Part shown: piece by piece, positions 37,295-49,846 of the stretch
Layout of the letters: the number at the start of each line of letters is the position of its first letter
Numbering within the stretch: position 1 is the first letter of the stretch
From: Gekko japonicus
Taxonomy: Eukaryota
Assembly (NCBI RefSeq): GCF_001447785.1
Contig: NW_015175991.1
Span: 315,028-376,862, forward strand
Direction: 5' to 3'
DNA length: 61,835 nt
Notes under the pieces: model-generated
Database searches by the model: none
The model's input: the letters and a program-made list of their open reading frames with translations, nothing else
Told to the model about the DNA's origin: nothing
Made by a program: the position numbers and the translations under genes

Positions 37295-40200
37295 GTAAGG
37301 ATTTAAAATTATACTTTTTCTCCATTCTATACTGTGCTGAATTGTTAGAAACTGTTGTGAAAGGAAAAGTGGTATGCAAATGTCCCTAATAAAAACAAAT
37401 ATATTTTATTTATTCAATATACTTTTATACTGCCTGTGAACTCAAATTCTCAAAGTGGTCAACAGAATTTTGTCCTGCTGTAGATGGAAAACCTTTCTGT
37501 AAAAAGGAGAAATTTGTGTCACCGTTGAGTCAGAGGGGAGCTTACTGCATACTGCAAATTTACACAAGGTTGTTTTAAAGACAACTATTTTGTGTTTTGT
37601 CAGAAAGGTTCTAAGTTGTCCTAGCTGTATGTTCTTGTCTGCAAGTTGGGTCATCCTCATGCTGTAAGTTGGAAGTTTCATAGCATTCAAGATTGGCTGT
37701 TCTACTGCCTAACCACCTGCAAAACTGGCTCGATAATAGAAACAACACAGTCTGCCAAATGGGGCACAGTAATTCAAAGGTTGCTTCCATGATGCTTTGA
37801 TTTAGGGATGGGGGGCAGAGTGGTGCAGCTCCAATGCAAGATTGGGTTGAAGACTGAGACAGGGATTTAGCAGAATAATCAAAGAATTTTTGAGGTAAAC
37901 TAAAGCACAAGAATGCAAGTCAGTGATGATACTGAAGTATGTTGCAGCATAGTTACCGAAGCCAGCTAAATCTGAGTCCAGGAGCACCTCAGAACAAGAA
38001 GATTTTCTGGCTATAAGCTTGCAAGAGTCAAAGCTCTGTTGGTCAGATGCAGATTTGATAAAAGGGAGCTTTGGCTCTCAAAAGCAAGTATATTGCAGTA
38101 TCAGATAGTGCACATACCTCTACAGTACCAATACTTGCACAGTATCTACCTGCACTGTGCAGCATGTATTGCAAACAATAAAGGGAGGAAAAAGAAGAAA
38201 TATTATTGATTAGTACACTTTTATTCCATCATTCCTCCAAGGAGCTCAGGCCAGTGTATATTGGTCTCCCTTCCTCCATTTTATCTTTTTAACAACCTTG
38301 TCAAAGTGGTCTATTCTGAGAGGGTGTGACTGGCACCCAGCAAACCTCATGGCAGAGTGGGGATATGAACCTGCTGGATCTCAGTTCGCCACACTGGAAA
38401 GAAAAAGACAGCAAGGCAGGTGGAGGGAGATATTACCTATCCTTTTCTCTTTGGCGAGGTCTCTGGGTAGATTATGGGCATGTTAGACACCCAACGATCT
38501 GTGTGGACTTCTGATCTACACCAACCCAAAGGTCAGGAGTTTTGGGAGGGATTGTTAGGCAAAACCACTGGGAGACTTTTTTGTTTGGTGAGACTGAAGC
38601 TGGATGAAGGGTCATTGTACTTTGATTGGATCCAAATGTTTGAGAATAGCCATGGAGCAGACCATATCTGAGTCATTTTTCTAGGCTTGTCCTTTTGTGC
38701 CAAAGCTGCACCTTTCTGACCAAATTTGCTGGCTAATATATTCCTTGACTAAAATTTAGTCATACAAAAGTGGTCTGTTCCTGCCTATTCTCCTAGCCGA
38801 TCTACCCTCCTTTGTCTTGTGCACACACATATTCCAAATGAGGCTAACCGTATTCTTTTTTGAAGACAGCTCTGTAGACGTGGACAAGCCAGACTCTTCT
38901 GAGATGGGAGAACAGGTGGACTGGTCACACAGACCAAAGAAGGATAGACAGTTGGGCCACAAAATAGAGGCAAAATGACTATGGCAACATAGTTCAAAGA
39001 GCACTGAAGAAATTGGTTCTGGTGCAGTGGAAGAAGGCAGCCAAGCTTGTCTTTCATTGCCTTCTCATCAACGCATAGCTACAGGTGGATGCATTCTTGC
39101 ATTCGCTGGTTGAACAAGAAGGCAAGTGTTGGTGGCAGCTGATCCTGCTACACATCTCTTGGATGGTGTGTGAAGAATAAAGGGATGGACAAGCCTGAGC
39201 AGGAATGGGTGAATAGGCACTAATCCTTCAAGAACAAGTCTCTAGTTGGATGCATAATCAAGTTTACCTCAGGTGGATTTAGTTACCCAGTAAATTTCCT
39301 CACTGCCTTCCATCCTGTCCCTTCCCACTGTTTCAGTTCAAGTTGGTGTGAAACAAACACTGCTCTTTAGTGATTTTGGGTGTAGAATCACTGGCCCATT
39401 CTCCAGATTATTTATTATCTTTAGTCACCTTGTTGTACTCAGGGTTTGAAAGGATGAATTTTTCCTACCGATTTAATATTATGTAGCCCTTATTACATGG
39501 GCATTCCAATCCATTGTAGACTTCAGCAGTTATGACCACTGAACCAGAAAATGATCGCTCATATGCATTTACTGGACAATATAAGAGTATAATTTTGTGT
39601 ACGTGGTGCAGGGATAGTGGCTATTTAAGCATGTGTAGAAGGGAGAAATTGTGCATGTGGTAACTTTCAAGGGAAAATATGTACTTTTGAATATGGTGTG
39701 TGAGTTTTTAAACTCACATACATACTATGCTACATAATAAAATTTATTGTTGTGATTTTTAGGAATATAACACTGAAATTCTTAATGTTTTTGGTATGTT
39801 ATTTGAGTGACTGGAACCTGGATGCTGAGACTGGTCATAATAATCTTTCCAGTGAAAGCTCTTAATTTTCAGATGCATTCACCTGACCTTCTGAATTATA
39901 ATGTTCTAAATGTCAGGTATTTCAGGTTGAAGTATTATGTTGAATACTCTTCCATTAATTAGTGGAGGTTGTAAGGAGGAGGTGTGGGTACTGGCAGCCT
40001 TAAAATTGTTGGAAACCCTTAGTTGTTAGCCAGTGTTAAAATTTTAGTCTTGGACTGGGGAGACCCAGGTTCAAATTCCATGCATCTGTGACACTCACTG
40101 GGTGAGTGAGAGTCGCACTGCCTAGCCTACCCACGGGGCTGTTATGAGGATAAAACAGACAGGAAAACCAAGTATACTGTCCTGAGCTCCTTGGAGGAAT

Positions 40201-40398
40201 ATGATAGATAACTTTGTGGACCAAGGTTATGCTGCTCCGCACAAATAATATGGGAGCAGAGTGCCAATTTATACCTTCCCAGGGTGACCAAATCCCAGTA
40301 GAAATTTTTGTCAGCCCAATCCAGCCTTAACACCTGATGCTTAACCCCGTTATGGTAATCGGTATCACCTGCCTACTTATGGAATAATTCTGTTGCAG

Positions 40399-40565
40399 GC
40401 TCTTTAAATCATCTTCTGCAGTATGAACAACAACAACAGAGATACAACCTTTCTATGATGGCGGCAGTTGACCTGCTGAAGAGGCTGTACTCTACAACTG
40501 CAGCTCCTTTTGTGCTGTTAAGAACCTGGGGACTGCAAACAACTAATGTGGCAACGTCAGTTAAA
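40399..40565 (+). CDS. COQ6: COQ6 exon 11 (GSLNHLLQYE...LLRTWGLQ...)
   Basis: 167 nt, AG/GT. Confidence 0.94.
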
Positions 40566-40834
40566 GTAAGATACTTTAAAAGTACTATCTGTCATATAAG
40601 GATCCATGGGGGTTTATGATGAAAGACCAGTTTATGATTTGGCAGTTAACTAACCAACATTTAACACTAGTACCTAGAGCACTACACTTACAACACAAGT
40701 TGTATATTCTCCGGTGGCCCAGGAGTGGGGCAGTCCTTGACTCCTTACTCCTGGGAAAGTACCTCCCCTTCTGTAGGCAGGGCTGGAAAACTTTGATCCC
40801 GGAGGGGAGGGGCTTATCCTCTGATCCCCAGTCT

Positions 40835-41270
40835 TAATAATAATACTTTCAATTTATTAATTGCTTTCCCCAGTGGGCTCAAAGCGATGTACACTTACAC
40901 ATTTTAGACAGGGGACTAACAATGTTCATAGGAGATAGGGAAGACAACATATATTCATTTAATTGCACACGCTGTCACTGAATGGTGTAAACGTCTTCTG
41001 GCTTGGCTCAGTCATTTTCCGAACGGCTGCTTGTCGACCAGGCTTCAGGACCCGTATGTCAAATCGCCACACTGCCACCGCCTGGCCGGAAACATCCACT
41101 GCAGGGATTTTTGTAGCCGAGAAGTTCTTCTGCCTTTTCCGAACCTTGACCAGGACATCCCGACCGTCAGCTAACACCCTCCCACAACGGAGATTGGTGT
41201 GCCCACCCTCTCTAAGGAGTGGTTCCCATTTTATCTACTCGCCGAAGCTTTCGAATCGCTGGGTGGATGA
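40835..41270 (-). mobile_element. Unclassified CpG-rich LINE-like 3' end nested in the DIRS 5' region
   Basis: Minus strand ends CGCTTTGAGCCCACTGGGGAAAGC...AATAAA...(ATT)n; open frame ends at 40959; 5' part lost in gap 41271-41433. Confidence 0.5.
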
Positions 41271-44200
41271 NNNNNNNNNNNNNNNNNNNNNNNNNNNNNN
41301 NNNNNNNNNNNNNNNNNNNNNNNNNNNNNNNNNNNNNNNNNNNNNNNNNNNNNNNNNNNNNNNNNNNNNNNNNNNNNNNNNNNNNNNNNNNNNNNNNNNN
41401 NNNNNNNNNNNNNNNNNNNNNNNNNNNNNNNNNCCTGGGAGGCCCCCAGGCGGTCACAGCGTCGAGAGGAACGCCTCGGACCCCGCTGGGAAGGCGGCGG
41501 TAAACTGCTCTCCCCCCCCATCCAGCCGCGGCGGCGTGCAGCGGTTTTGGGGACAGACGCTCAGTGAAGAGCCTGGGGAGAGCGGAGGCAAGAGAGGCGG
41601 CTGAGGGTGGTGCGGAAACTCTGTCGCTGTCCCTTTCGGTGTTGGAACGGAGCCCCCTCCTTGTTCCAGATTGTGGCGAGGAGGGACACGGCTCCTGCGC
41701 AGTCTACCCGGTTGGCTGAACCACAGTAGGACTGTAGCCATTGAGAACTGGCAAGGTGTGGAGGGGGAGAGAGAAAGAGGACTACCCCCCCTCCTCCCAT
41801 TTTCTTTTCCCCACCCTTTACTCCTTTCCTCTGGATCTAGATGGGAGGTTCTTTAAAAGGACAAATTGCTTCTGGTTCATGGGTCAGGTCTCTAGCAGGG
41901 ACATTTTACAGTCCTTATTGCTGGGCCTTCAGGGAAGGGAGCAACAATAAACAGCCTACTACTTCCCCACCGGGTTCGGCTGATGTGGGTGGGGTAGGGC
42001 TCCATTTTGGGGTTCTGTAAGGAGTATGATGGTGGCTATTTTCACTTTCAGGCTCCCCTAAAATGGCCGAGAAGGCAGGAACATCTAGCTCCCAAGGCAC
42101 AGAGAGTCTGAACCCTTCACAGACTACCAATATAGCCTCCCAAAATTCTGAGCCCTCAGGAGAGGAAGCCCAGTCAAATTTCTCTCCTGGCTTAGAGAGG
42201 AAATGAGAAAGAATTCACTGGTTTAGGGCAACGGGCAGCTTCTTCCTAGGCTACTGACCTCTCTGCTAAAAGAGACAGGAGTCCCAGTACAGAGGGCAGC
42301 CCTCTTCCTAGAAATACAGGCCTCCCAAGCACAGCAAAGGGTGCACACCCATTGATAGTGATCTGAGTTCGCTACAGATTCTGAGGTTTTAGTGCCAGAA
42401 AAAGGCGAGCTATTAGAGCAGGAGGAGGAAGTGGTGCCTGTTAATCAATCTAGACTCTTCCCCATAATCTCTATAATAGAATGTGGGCTAAGGTCATCAG
42501 GGCACTAGAGCTTACATACACTCCAAAGATACAGGAAGACAAGGAGGATCCTGGTTTTTTTTCCTGTAGGCTCTGACAAAGCCATTCCAAAGACTACTAC
42601 TAAAACTGCAGGTGTGCCGCTTCCTGTGGCATTTTACAGTATCATTATGGCAGAATGGGAATACCCAGCCAATCCAAAATCTGGGAAACCCAGTGTTTAA
42701 CAAACTCTGCTTTCTTATTCCAGGAGCCACAAAGAAGCTCAAACTTCCTATGGTGGATGATTCGATTAACTTATCAGCATCTACTTCTCTATTTCCCATG
42801 GATGCTGATGGACTCCCAAAAAGACAAGGGAGGTGAAAAGGCACTGCGTAGAGTTTTTTGAGGCACCTGCCATCTCCCTTAGAGCATTAGCTACGGGATC
42901 CCTGTTTGCTCGAGCGGCCTACCCATGGGCCTTAGAGCTAACTTCTGTAGAGCCTTAAGGATGNNNNNNNNNNNNNNNNNNNNNNNNNNNNNNNNNNNNN
43001 NNNNNNNNNNNNNNNNNNNNNNNNNNNNNNNNNNNNNNNNNNNNNNNNNNNNNNNNNNNNNNNNNNNNNNNNNNNNNNNNNNNNNNNNNNNNNNNNNNNN
43101 NNNNNNNNNNNNNNNNNNNNNNNNNNNNNNNNNNNNNNNNNNNNNNNNNNNNNNNNNNNNNNNNNNNNNNNNNNNNNNNNNNNNNNNNNNNNNNNNNNNN
43201 NNNNNNNNNNNNNNNNNNNNNNNNNNNNNNNNNNNNNNNNNNNNNNNNNNNNNNNNNNNNNNNNNNNNNNNNNNNNNNNNNNNNNNNNNNNNNNNNNNNN
43301 NNNNNNNNNNNNNNNNNNNNNNNNNNNNNNNNNNNNNNNNNNNNNNNNNNNNNNNNNNNNNNNNNNNNNNNNNNNNNNNNNNNNNNNNNNNNNNNNNNNN
43401 NNNNNNNNNNNNNNNNNNNNNNNNNNNNNNNNNNNNNNNNNNNNNNNNNNNNNNNNNNNNNNNNNNNCCTGACAAGGAATAATCACAGGCACATCCTGAG
43501 AAGGAATAATCACAGCAAACATTTCCAATATTGAGCCTCGCCCTCTGGACTCAAGTCCTCGCCTCGGATCTTCTCCAAGGTCCTGGGAACACTAGTGGCC
43601 TTTCTAAGTCTGAGAGGAGTGGTCCTGTTTTCCTCACTTGGAAGACATCCTGATCCAGGCAGAGTCCAGTCACCAGGTGAGCCTACACTTGGACTTTACA
43701 ATCCAAGTACTACAGGGACACAGTTGTGCTATTAACAGGGAGAAAAGGACCCTGGAGCCGACTCAAGTAATTGCACACTTGGGATTGCGGATAGACACAA
43801 GACAGGACAGGGTTCTTCTGTTCCAGGAGAGCTTAGTAAAATTTCTCACTTATCTTACATCAGGTCCTGAACATTTAGACACCGGAGGTTATGACCCTAG
43901 CATGTCTCCTGGGCATGATGGTGTTGTGCCAAGACCTACTACTGTGACCTAGAGTTCATACGAGACCCCTGCAGCGCTTTCTTTTCTTCACTACCAGAAG
44001 GAAATAGACTACAAGATAGTCAAGTAGGTAGAGTTACCACAGTTGGTGTGGACAGAGTTACAGTAGTGGCTAGTTCTGACTCGGTTCACAGAAGGGATAC
44101 TTCTAAGGGAACCCCAGAGGACCGTGCTCACGACGGATGCAAGTCTCTTTGGCTGGGGAGCGCATTCCATGGGACACATGGTCAAGACACCTGGTTGAAG

Positions 44201-45004
44201 TCGGAAACATCCAAGAGCATCAACTTCCTGGAACTTAGGGCCATAAAGTTGACCCTGGTTCGCCTCCAGACACAACTGGTAGGCAGTCATGTTCTGATTC
44301 AAACGGATAACTTGATGGCGAAAGTCTATATTAACAGGTAGGGAGACATGCAAGCCCAATGGCGATGCAATGGGCAGAGGAGCATGTGCTGTCCTTAAAG
44401 GCCACACATATGGCAGGAAGAGAAACGTGTTAACAGAGGGACGCCTTCCAACAGATCAGCGAAAGATTCGGAAGGCAGAGGTGGATCCTTTCACGTCGAG
44501 ACAGACTGACAAGTAAAAAAAAAAAGTTTGCGTCCAAGGTTCACATGAAAGGGGCACTAGGAATGGACGCCCTGTTCCTAGCATGGCCAAAGAACTCTAT
44601 GCCTTGCCACTCCTAACTCTAATTCCCAGAGTGGTACAGCAGGCAATAGATTGAAGAGCAGATGTGATTCTGATAGCACCCTTCTGGCCACGGAGGGGGT
44701 GGTTCCAGGACCTCTTGAGCCTCTCCGGACAAGATCTATGGCAGCTGCCTCTCAGACGGGACCTATCTCAGGAGATGACCGTTCATCTGCGACCGGATAT
44801 GCTACAAGTCGCAGTGTGGAGGTTAAGAGGAGACAAAAGCTCTGAGATATGAGACAAGAGGTGGTTTCCACACTCTTGGTGTCCAGAAAATGTTCTATGA
44901 CCAAGATATATGACAGATCTTGACAAACATCTTCTAACTGGTGCGGAGAGCAGGCGTTGGACCCGATGTGGCCGCAGGTTGGGATGGCTTTTCTCCAACA
45001 GGGT

Positions 45005-45186
45005 CCAAGACTACGAACTGTGTATCTTGACTTTTGACGAACAGCTTTCGGCTTCTGAACTCTGCATGCAATCCCCGGTAACCCTAGACTGCGTTTTTGA
45101 CTTGGTATTTTGGACTCTGCTCATGTTACTCGGACTGTGTTTTGGACTTTCCGTGCCCTACCTGGCCCGCCAGCGCAATCGTGACA
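45005..45186 (+). mobile_element. Probable Gypsy-type LTR fragment interrupting the DIRS recombinase ORF
   Basis: YR homology breaks after FLQQG and resumes at EPFEPM; the insert is GGACT/TTTGAC-rich and ends GTGACA. Confidence 0.55.
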
Positions 45187-46738
45187 CTATGCAAGGAGCC
45201 ATTTGAACCAATGGCATCACGTCCCATGAAAGACATTACTCTGAAAACAATTTCTTAGTGGGGATCACTTCAGCGCATAGGTTTTTGGAGCTGAGAGCTT
45301 TGTCGGTACACACAGATTTATGTACCTTCTACAATGACAGGGTTGTCCTCAGACCAGCCCCAGCATTCATCCCCAAAGTTAACTCCCGGTTCCATAGATT
45401 GGAAGATATGGTACTTCCCTCCTTTACTTCAAATCCTGCCCATGAGATGGTGATGGTCTGGCAGCATCTAGATGTGTGTAGGGCTTTGAGTTTTCTATAT
45501 GGACAGGACCAGGGGGCTGACAAAGACTGAATCCTTGTTTGGGTATGTTACTCAGTTGTCCCTGGGAAAGAGTGTCTCCACTTCTGTCCTGAGCAGGTGG
45601 ATAAGGATCAGTCAGGCATACAAGGTGCAGGGGTTGGTACCTCCAGCAAGGGTCACAGGGCACTCTATGGGGGGAAGTCACGTTGGTGGCATGTAGGGGC
45701 TTGCCGTCCCTAGAAGTCACCTGAAAGATGGTGACATGGAAATTTGTCCATTCCTTTACAAAGCACTATAGGATTGACGAACTAGCCTTGGCAGAAGCAG
45801 CATTTGACAGGAGAGTGCTACTTCAGGCCCTGTAGGCATTGGAAGTCGTGTGACCCACCCGGTGGGAGCACTGCTTTTTTACGTCCCATGAGTAAGGAGT
45901 CAAGGGCTGCCCCACTCCTGGACCACTGAGAAGGAAGCTTCACATTAAGTGAATACAAATCTTCCATTTGCTTTCTGTTTATATCTTACTTTTCACAGTT
46001 TGGATGCAGTGAGACCAAAACATTTATATAACATTTTGCTGGCATTTTGACTTAAGTGGATGAAATTATTCCTCCATTAAAGCAACTGATTCTGCTACAT
46101 CCCACCAAGAAACAGTGGCGGTGGAGATATTGTGGACTGCACATGCAGCATTTAGCCCACTGTCAGACTTGGTCTAGAACAGGGAATGGCTAACTGTGCA
46201 TGTGTAGTCATGGCTGCATGTAGCTGTCATGTTCATTTAGCCTGTCTTCCTCTACTTTTTTGCCTGCTGTGATGGGCATGCAATGCATTACTTCTTACCT
46301 GGAAGAGATTCTTACCATGTGTAAAATCAGGTGACCTCATTTGCTTCTGGGATGGACTTCTACCAGCTGAGAAACGGCACCTCATATAGGCCTAGTCCAG
46401 TTGACTCCCCTTGGAAAACAATGTTATTCTGTCCTCGAGCACCATATACCTTGCTCTGGTCAGTGACCCTCCTCTCTACTAAAAAAGTTTATTGGTGGCG
46501 GTCCCCCCCCCCCAGTTTCTCAGGAGGAGAGATGCCTGCTGGCCAAGTGAGGGGCAGTTATCTTGTGCTCGTCAGAAGATTGTCCCCAAAGCCTTCTGGA
46601 ATGATCTCTCATTTCTTGTTGGGAAGGGAGTCTGTAAATGTCAGGCAGCCTGCCAGTGTTTTCAGTTTGGAAGACTAAAATTTCTCCAGCCAAGCTGACA
46701 AATGTATGTGTGCACACTTTAGCCTTTGAGAACCTTGT

Positions 46739-46931
46739 CCAAACTAGACGTGATGGTGTCCCTAGGTCCAATTCATGGGTGCTGCCACCTTTTAAAAGCC
46801 TACTGGGGCAACTTTAAAATGTCATGATCCTGATCAGGCCTTCAGAGCATTTTTTAAAGTGCCTCATTATGCTTTAAAAGGATAGCAGCATTCATAGGTC
46901 GGATCCAGGGGTGCCATCACATCTAGTTTGG
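46739..46931. mobile_element. Palindromic MITE (PIF/Harbinger-like)
   Basis: TIRs CCAAACTAGACGTGATGG / CCATCACATCTAGTTTGG; imperfect pairing extends ~60 bp. Confidence 0.7.
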
Positions 46932-46954
46932 CCCTAAAGGAGAGGCCTGTCCCT

Positions 46955-47220
46955 GCCAGTTTGGTGTAGTGGTTAAGTGTGTGGATTCTGATCTGGGAGA
47001 ACCGGGTTTGATTCCCCACTCCTCCACTTGCACCTGCTGATGTGACCTTGGGTCAGTCACAAGCTCTGGCACAGCTGTCCTTGAAAAAGAGCAGTTTGTG
47101 TCAGAGTTCTCTCAGCCCCATCCACCTCACAGGGTGTCTGTTGTGGGGAAGGGAAAGGAGTCTGTAAGCCACTCTGGGACTCCAAGTGAAGGGCGGGGTA
47201 TAAATCCAATCTCTTCTTCT
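46955..47220 (+). mobile_element. Squam3-like tRNA-derived SINE, full length
   Basis: A box TGGTGTAGTGG 46962-46972, B box GGTTTGATTCC 47005-47015, L2-like 3' end, (TCT)n tail. Confidence 0.8.
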
Positions 47221-47840
47221 GCCTCTCAGGATGAAGAAGTTGATCGTTGCTGTTTTAAAGTGTTGTAAGCTTTTTGGGTAGGCAGTGTTACTTAAAGAAT
47301 TGGTTAACATGACCTCCAGGTGTAGGAAACAAGAAAGAATTCAGAAATATTTCCATGTTTTTGCAACTTTTTTCTACCATCTTCGGATGGGGGGAGTTTT
47401 CTTGTACATGTGATTCCTAATGTTGGGTTACTCAGCACAAAGTGCTAACGAATTTATCAGAAGAGGATCTTACATTCAGGCAACACACATTATGTGGCAC
47501 TGTATCTCCTACTGTTTAATATTATTAAGCATTTGTGTGGAGAGGGACACTTGGGTTGAGGCTGTGTGGCGCTATGGGTGGAATTAGCACTCTCCTGTGA
47601 CATTTCCTCAATAGAAATCTTCACCCTTGAAATATCAGTGGTTAACAGCAGCGGGGAAGGCATTTCTATCATGGGAACAGTACAACAGAGGCTTACATGC
47701 CCCCCCCCCCCCCAATGCCTAGCCCTGTTTCTCCCTCCTCTGGCTTTTACTGTTATAGGTTGTCAGTCAGTGAGGGTATAGTATAGATGTAACACTAGCC
47801 AGGAATGTAAGTAATATGTCTGTTCTTTCTCCATTTTTAG

Positions 47841-47870
47841 GAGCAGATCATGGCATTTGCCAGTAAGTGA
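47841..47870 (+). CDS. COQ6: COQ6 exon 12 (EQIMAFASK*)
   Basis: Polypyrimidine tract plus AG; matches the COQ6 C-terminus as recalled; TGA 47868-47870. Confidence 0.95.
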   Translation, partial: EQIMAFASK

Positions 47871-48273
47871 CCTCCTTATGAAGCTGAATTTACTGTTCCT
47901 GGCCAATTGCTGGAGACTCAAGACTTCATGTGTAAAGGCTGCATTGCATTTGATTTAAGATATTTGAATAGATGATGGAAAAAAGAGGAACATGAGATTC
48001 TTACGTTTGCTTGTTATAGCCAAAGTCTTTTTCACCGAGGGAGAGCAGCAGTTGGTTCTCTCCTATAATGCCAGTAATTTTCTGATCCTAACCAGTGCTG
48101 GACTTCTGAAACCTGGAAAGTCGGCTTGGCAGAAGTACATTTTTGGAAAGAATTTACTTGTGGCCACAGCTAAAGCCCAGTTTATTTTCTCATGCTGTGG
48201 AGGCATGCACAAGAGCAGATGAAGGATTACTTCCAGCTCACATTCTAACACAGGCCATTCTAACACAGGCCAG

Positions 48274-48440
48274 TAGAAAAGAGCAAGAGTCTAGTAGCAC
48301 CTTAAAGACTAAAAAAAAGTCCCAGGGTATGAGCTTTCCTGAGTTCCTGTTCACCAAGTAAACAGTGACTCATGAAAGCTCATACCCTGCCACATATTTT
48401 GTTAGTCTTTAAGGTGCTACTGGACTCTTGCTTTTCTCTA
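48274..48440. repeat. Inverted pair of Penelope (Neptune-type) pLTR remnants
   Basis: Arms ~48274-48344 and ~48368-48440 are reverse complements (GCAAGAGTC.AGTAGCACCTTAAAGACTAA...CAGGGTATGAGCTTTC.TGAGT). Confidence 0.85.
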
Positions 48441-49672
48441 TTGACACAGCTACCTGTCTTGATCTGATTCTTCCTAGTTCAACATCTTTTTTAGCCTTGG
48501 CCTTTTACATATGTGATGTCTGGTTGCTGCAAAAATAGGATAGGGCTTTCTGGCTTGCCTGTTCTCTCCTAAAGGTTACAACAGTATTCTCATTCATCGT
48601 TTCGGTTAGGGTACCAAGGGTGAAGATCAGTTACAGGCTGGAGTCCAAGAACATTATGTTAAAAATATCATTTAATTACTAAAATAGACAGTCAGAGGGC
48701 CCTGTCATGCTCAAGTACCAAACATATATCCCAATGGTATCCATTTAACTGCTTTGCAGCACCAAGTAATACGAATACAGCTAACAAACAAGGATAATAA
48801 TGCTATCCTTTTACAGCCAACCAATCTGAGAACAAAGTGTGAATGAAAAGATATTTGATAGCATGTTGCCTGCACTCATTCAGAGCTACAAATGTAGGCA
48901 TTGGAGAGGCTCCGTCTATTCACGGCTCATCTTAAATTTGTGATAATTTAAGCTAAACTAAAATGTGTGAGGCATCAAGATTAAATACACTAAAAACTAT
49001 GTAAACATCTAAAACCTGTTTCTTCTTTTTTTAAAAAAGCTTGAATTTAGTGTTTATTTCATTAACTCCTCTTCTACCACTTATGTACGTAAATCCTTTA
49101 ACAAAGGCCATCCTATGCAGATCATTAAATGTATAAACAGTTTTGTTTCACTGGATAGGCATGGACACTTCTGAAAGTAGGATAAATTCTGTGTCACCAC
49201 TGAAGTCATCATCAGAAGAAACTATTATTAATCCTGCACCCCTTATGTAGACCAAGTCCATAGAGAATGGTGTACCAAAGTGAAGTCTTGGTTACAGGAG
49301 TAGTTATGCATCTGCTATGACATACACAGTAGCTAAGGTGATTAAGGCCCTGAATTTTCTGAACACAGATTGCCTTTGGTACAGAAAGAGCAATGCTCCA
49401 AAACTGAGATATGCTCAAGCTTTCAAATTAGGACAAAGAGTTTACCCTAGGCTCCAGCAAATCACGTTGCTGTAGTCCACGGCCAAACTGTTTTTACTTC
49501 TTATTCACCATCCTCTTTCACTACCAGCAGCGAAGTCTAGAATGTGAGGGGTGGATCAGTTGAGCACTACCTTGTAGCATCAGGGGTACAATAATGAGTT
49601 GAGAGCCACTGTGAGCACTGTCAATACCTTATGAATTGGGAATGGATATGGGTGGAAAGTGGTTTCTTCTAA

Positions 49673-49846
49673 TATTCTTTATAAATACATAATTAAACAT
49701 TTTATCTATATATTATGTAGAAACACCAATTTGTCCTTAGCTTTCAGCAAAAAACAAACCACAATAGTTTATCTGCTATTCTTTATAAATACATAATTAA
49801 ACATTTTATCTAGGTATTATGTAGAAACACCAATTTGTCCTTAGCT
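49673..49846. repeat. 70-bp direct duplication with 34-bp spacer
   Basis: 49673-49742 and 49777-49846 differ at 2 adjacent positions. Confidence 0.9.

Larger units (their letters stand above)
40707..45969 (+). mobile_element. Degenerate DIRS1-type tyrosine-recombinase retrotransposon
   Basis: Inverted ~50-bp repeats at 40707-40756 and 45884-45932; gag remnant ~42600-42960; RT (SPRIFSKVL, HLEDILI), RNase H (TDASLFGWGAH, INFLELRA, IQTDN), MT-like (ILIAPFWPRRGWF) and YR (ITSAHRFLELRAL, HS, FTKHYRID) remnants; two internal gaps. Confidence 0.9.

Noticed and set aside
38756-39180. Coding-looking stretch with two minus-strand ORFs in COQ6 intron 10
   Set aside because: No recognisable protein motif or convincing splice sites; probably decayed repeat
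46955-47030. tRNA-like sequence with A and B boxes (also 30643, 28098, 56177)
   Set aside because: These are SINE heads continuing into SINE bodies and tails; no complete cloverleaf
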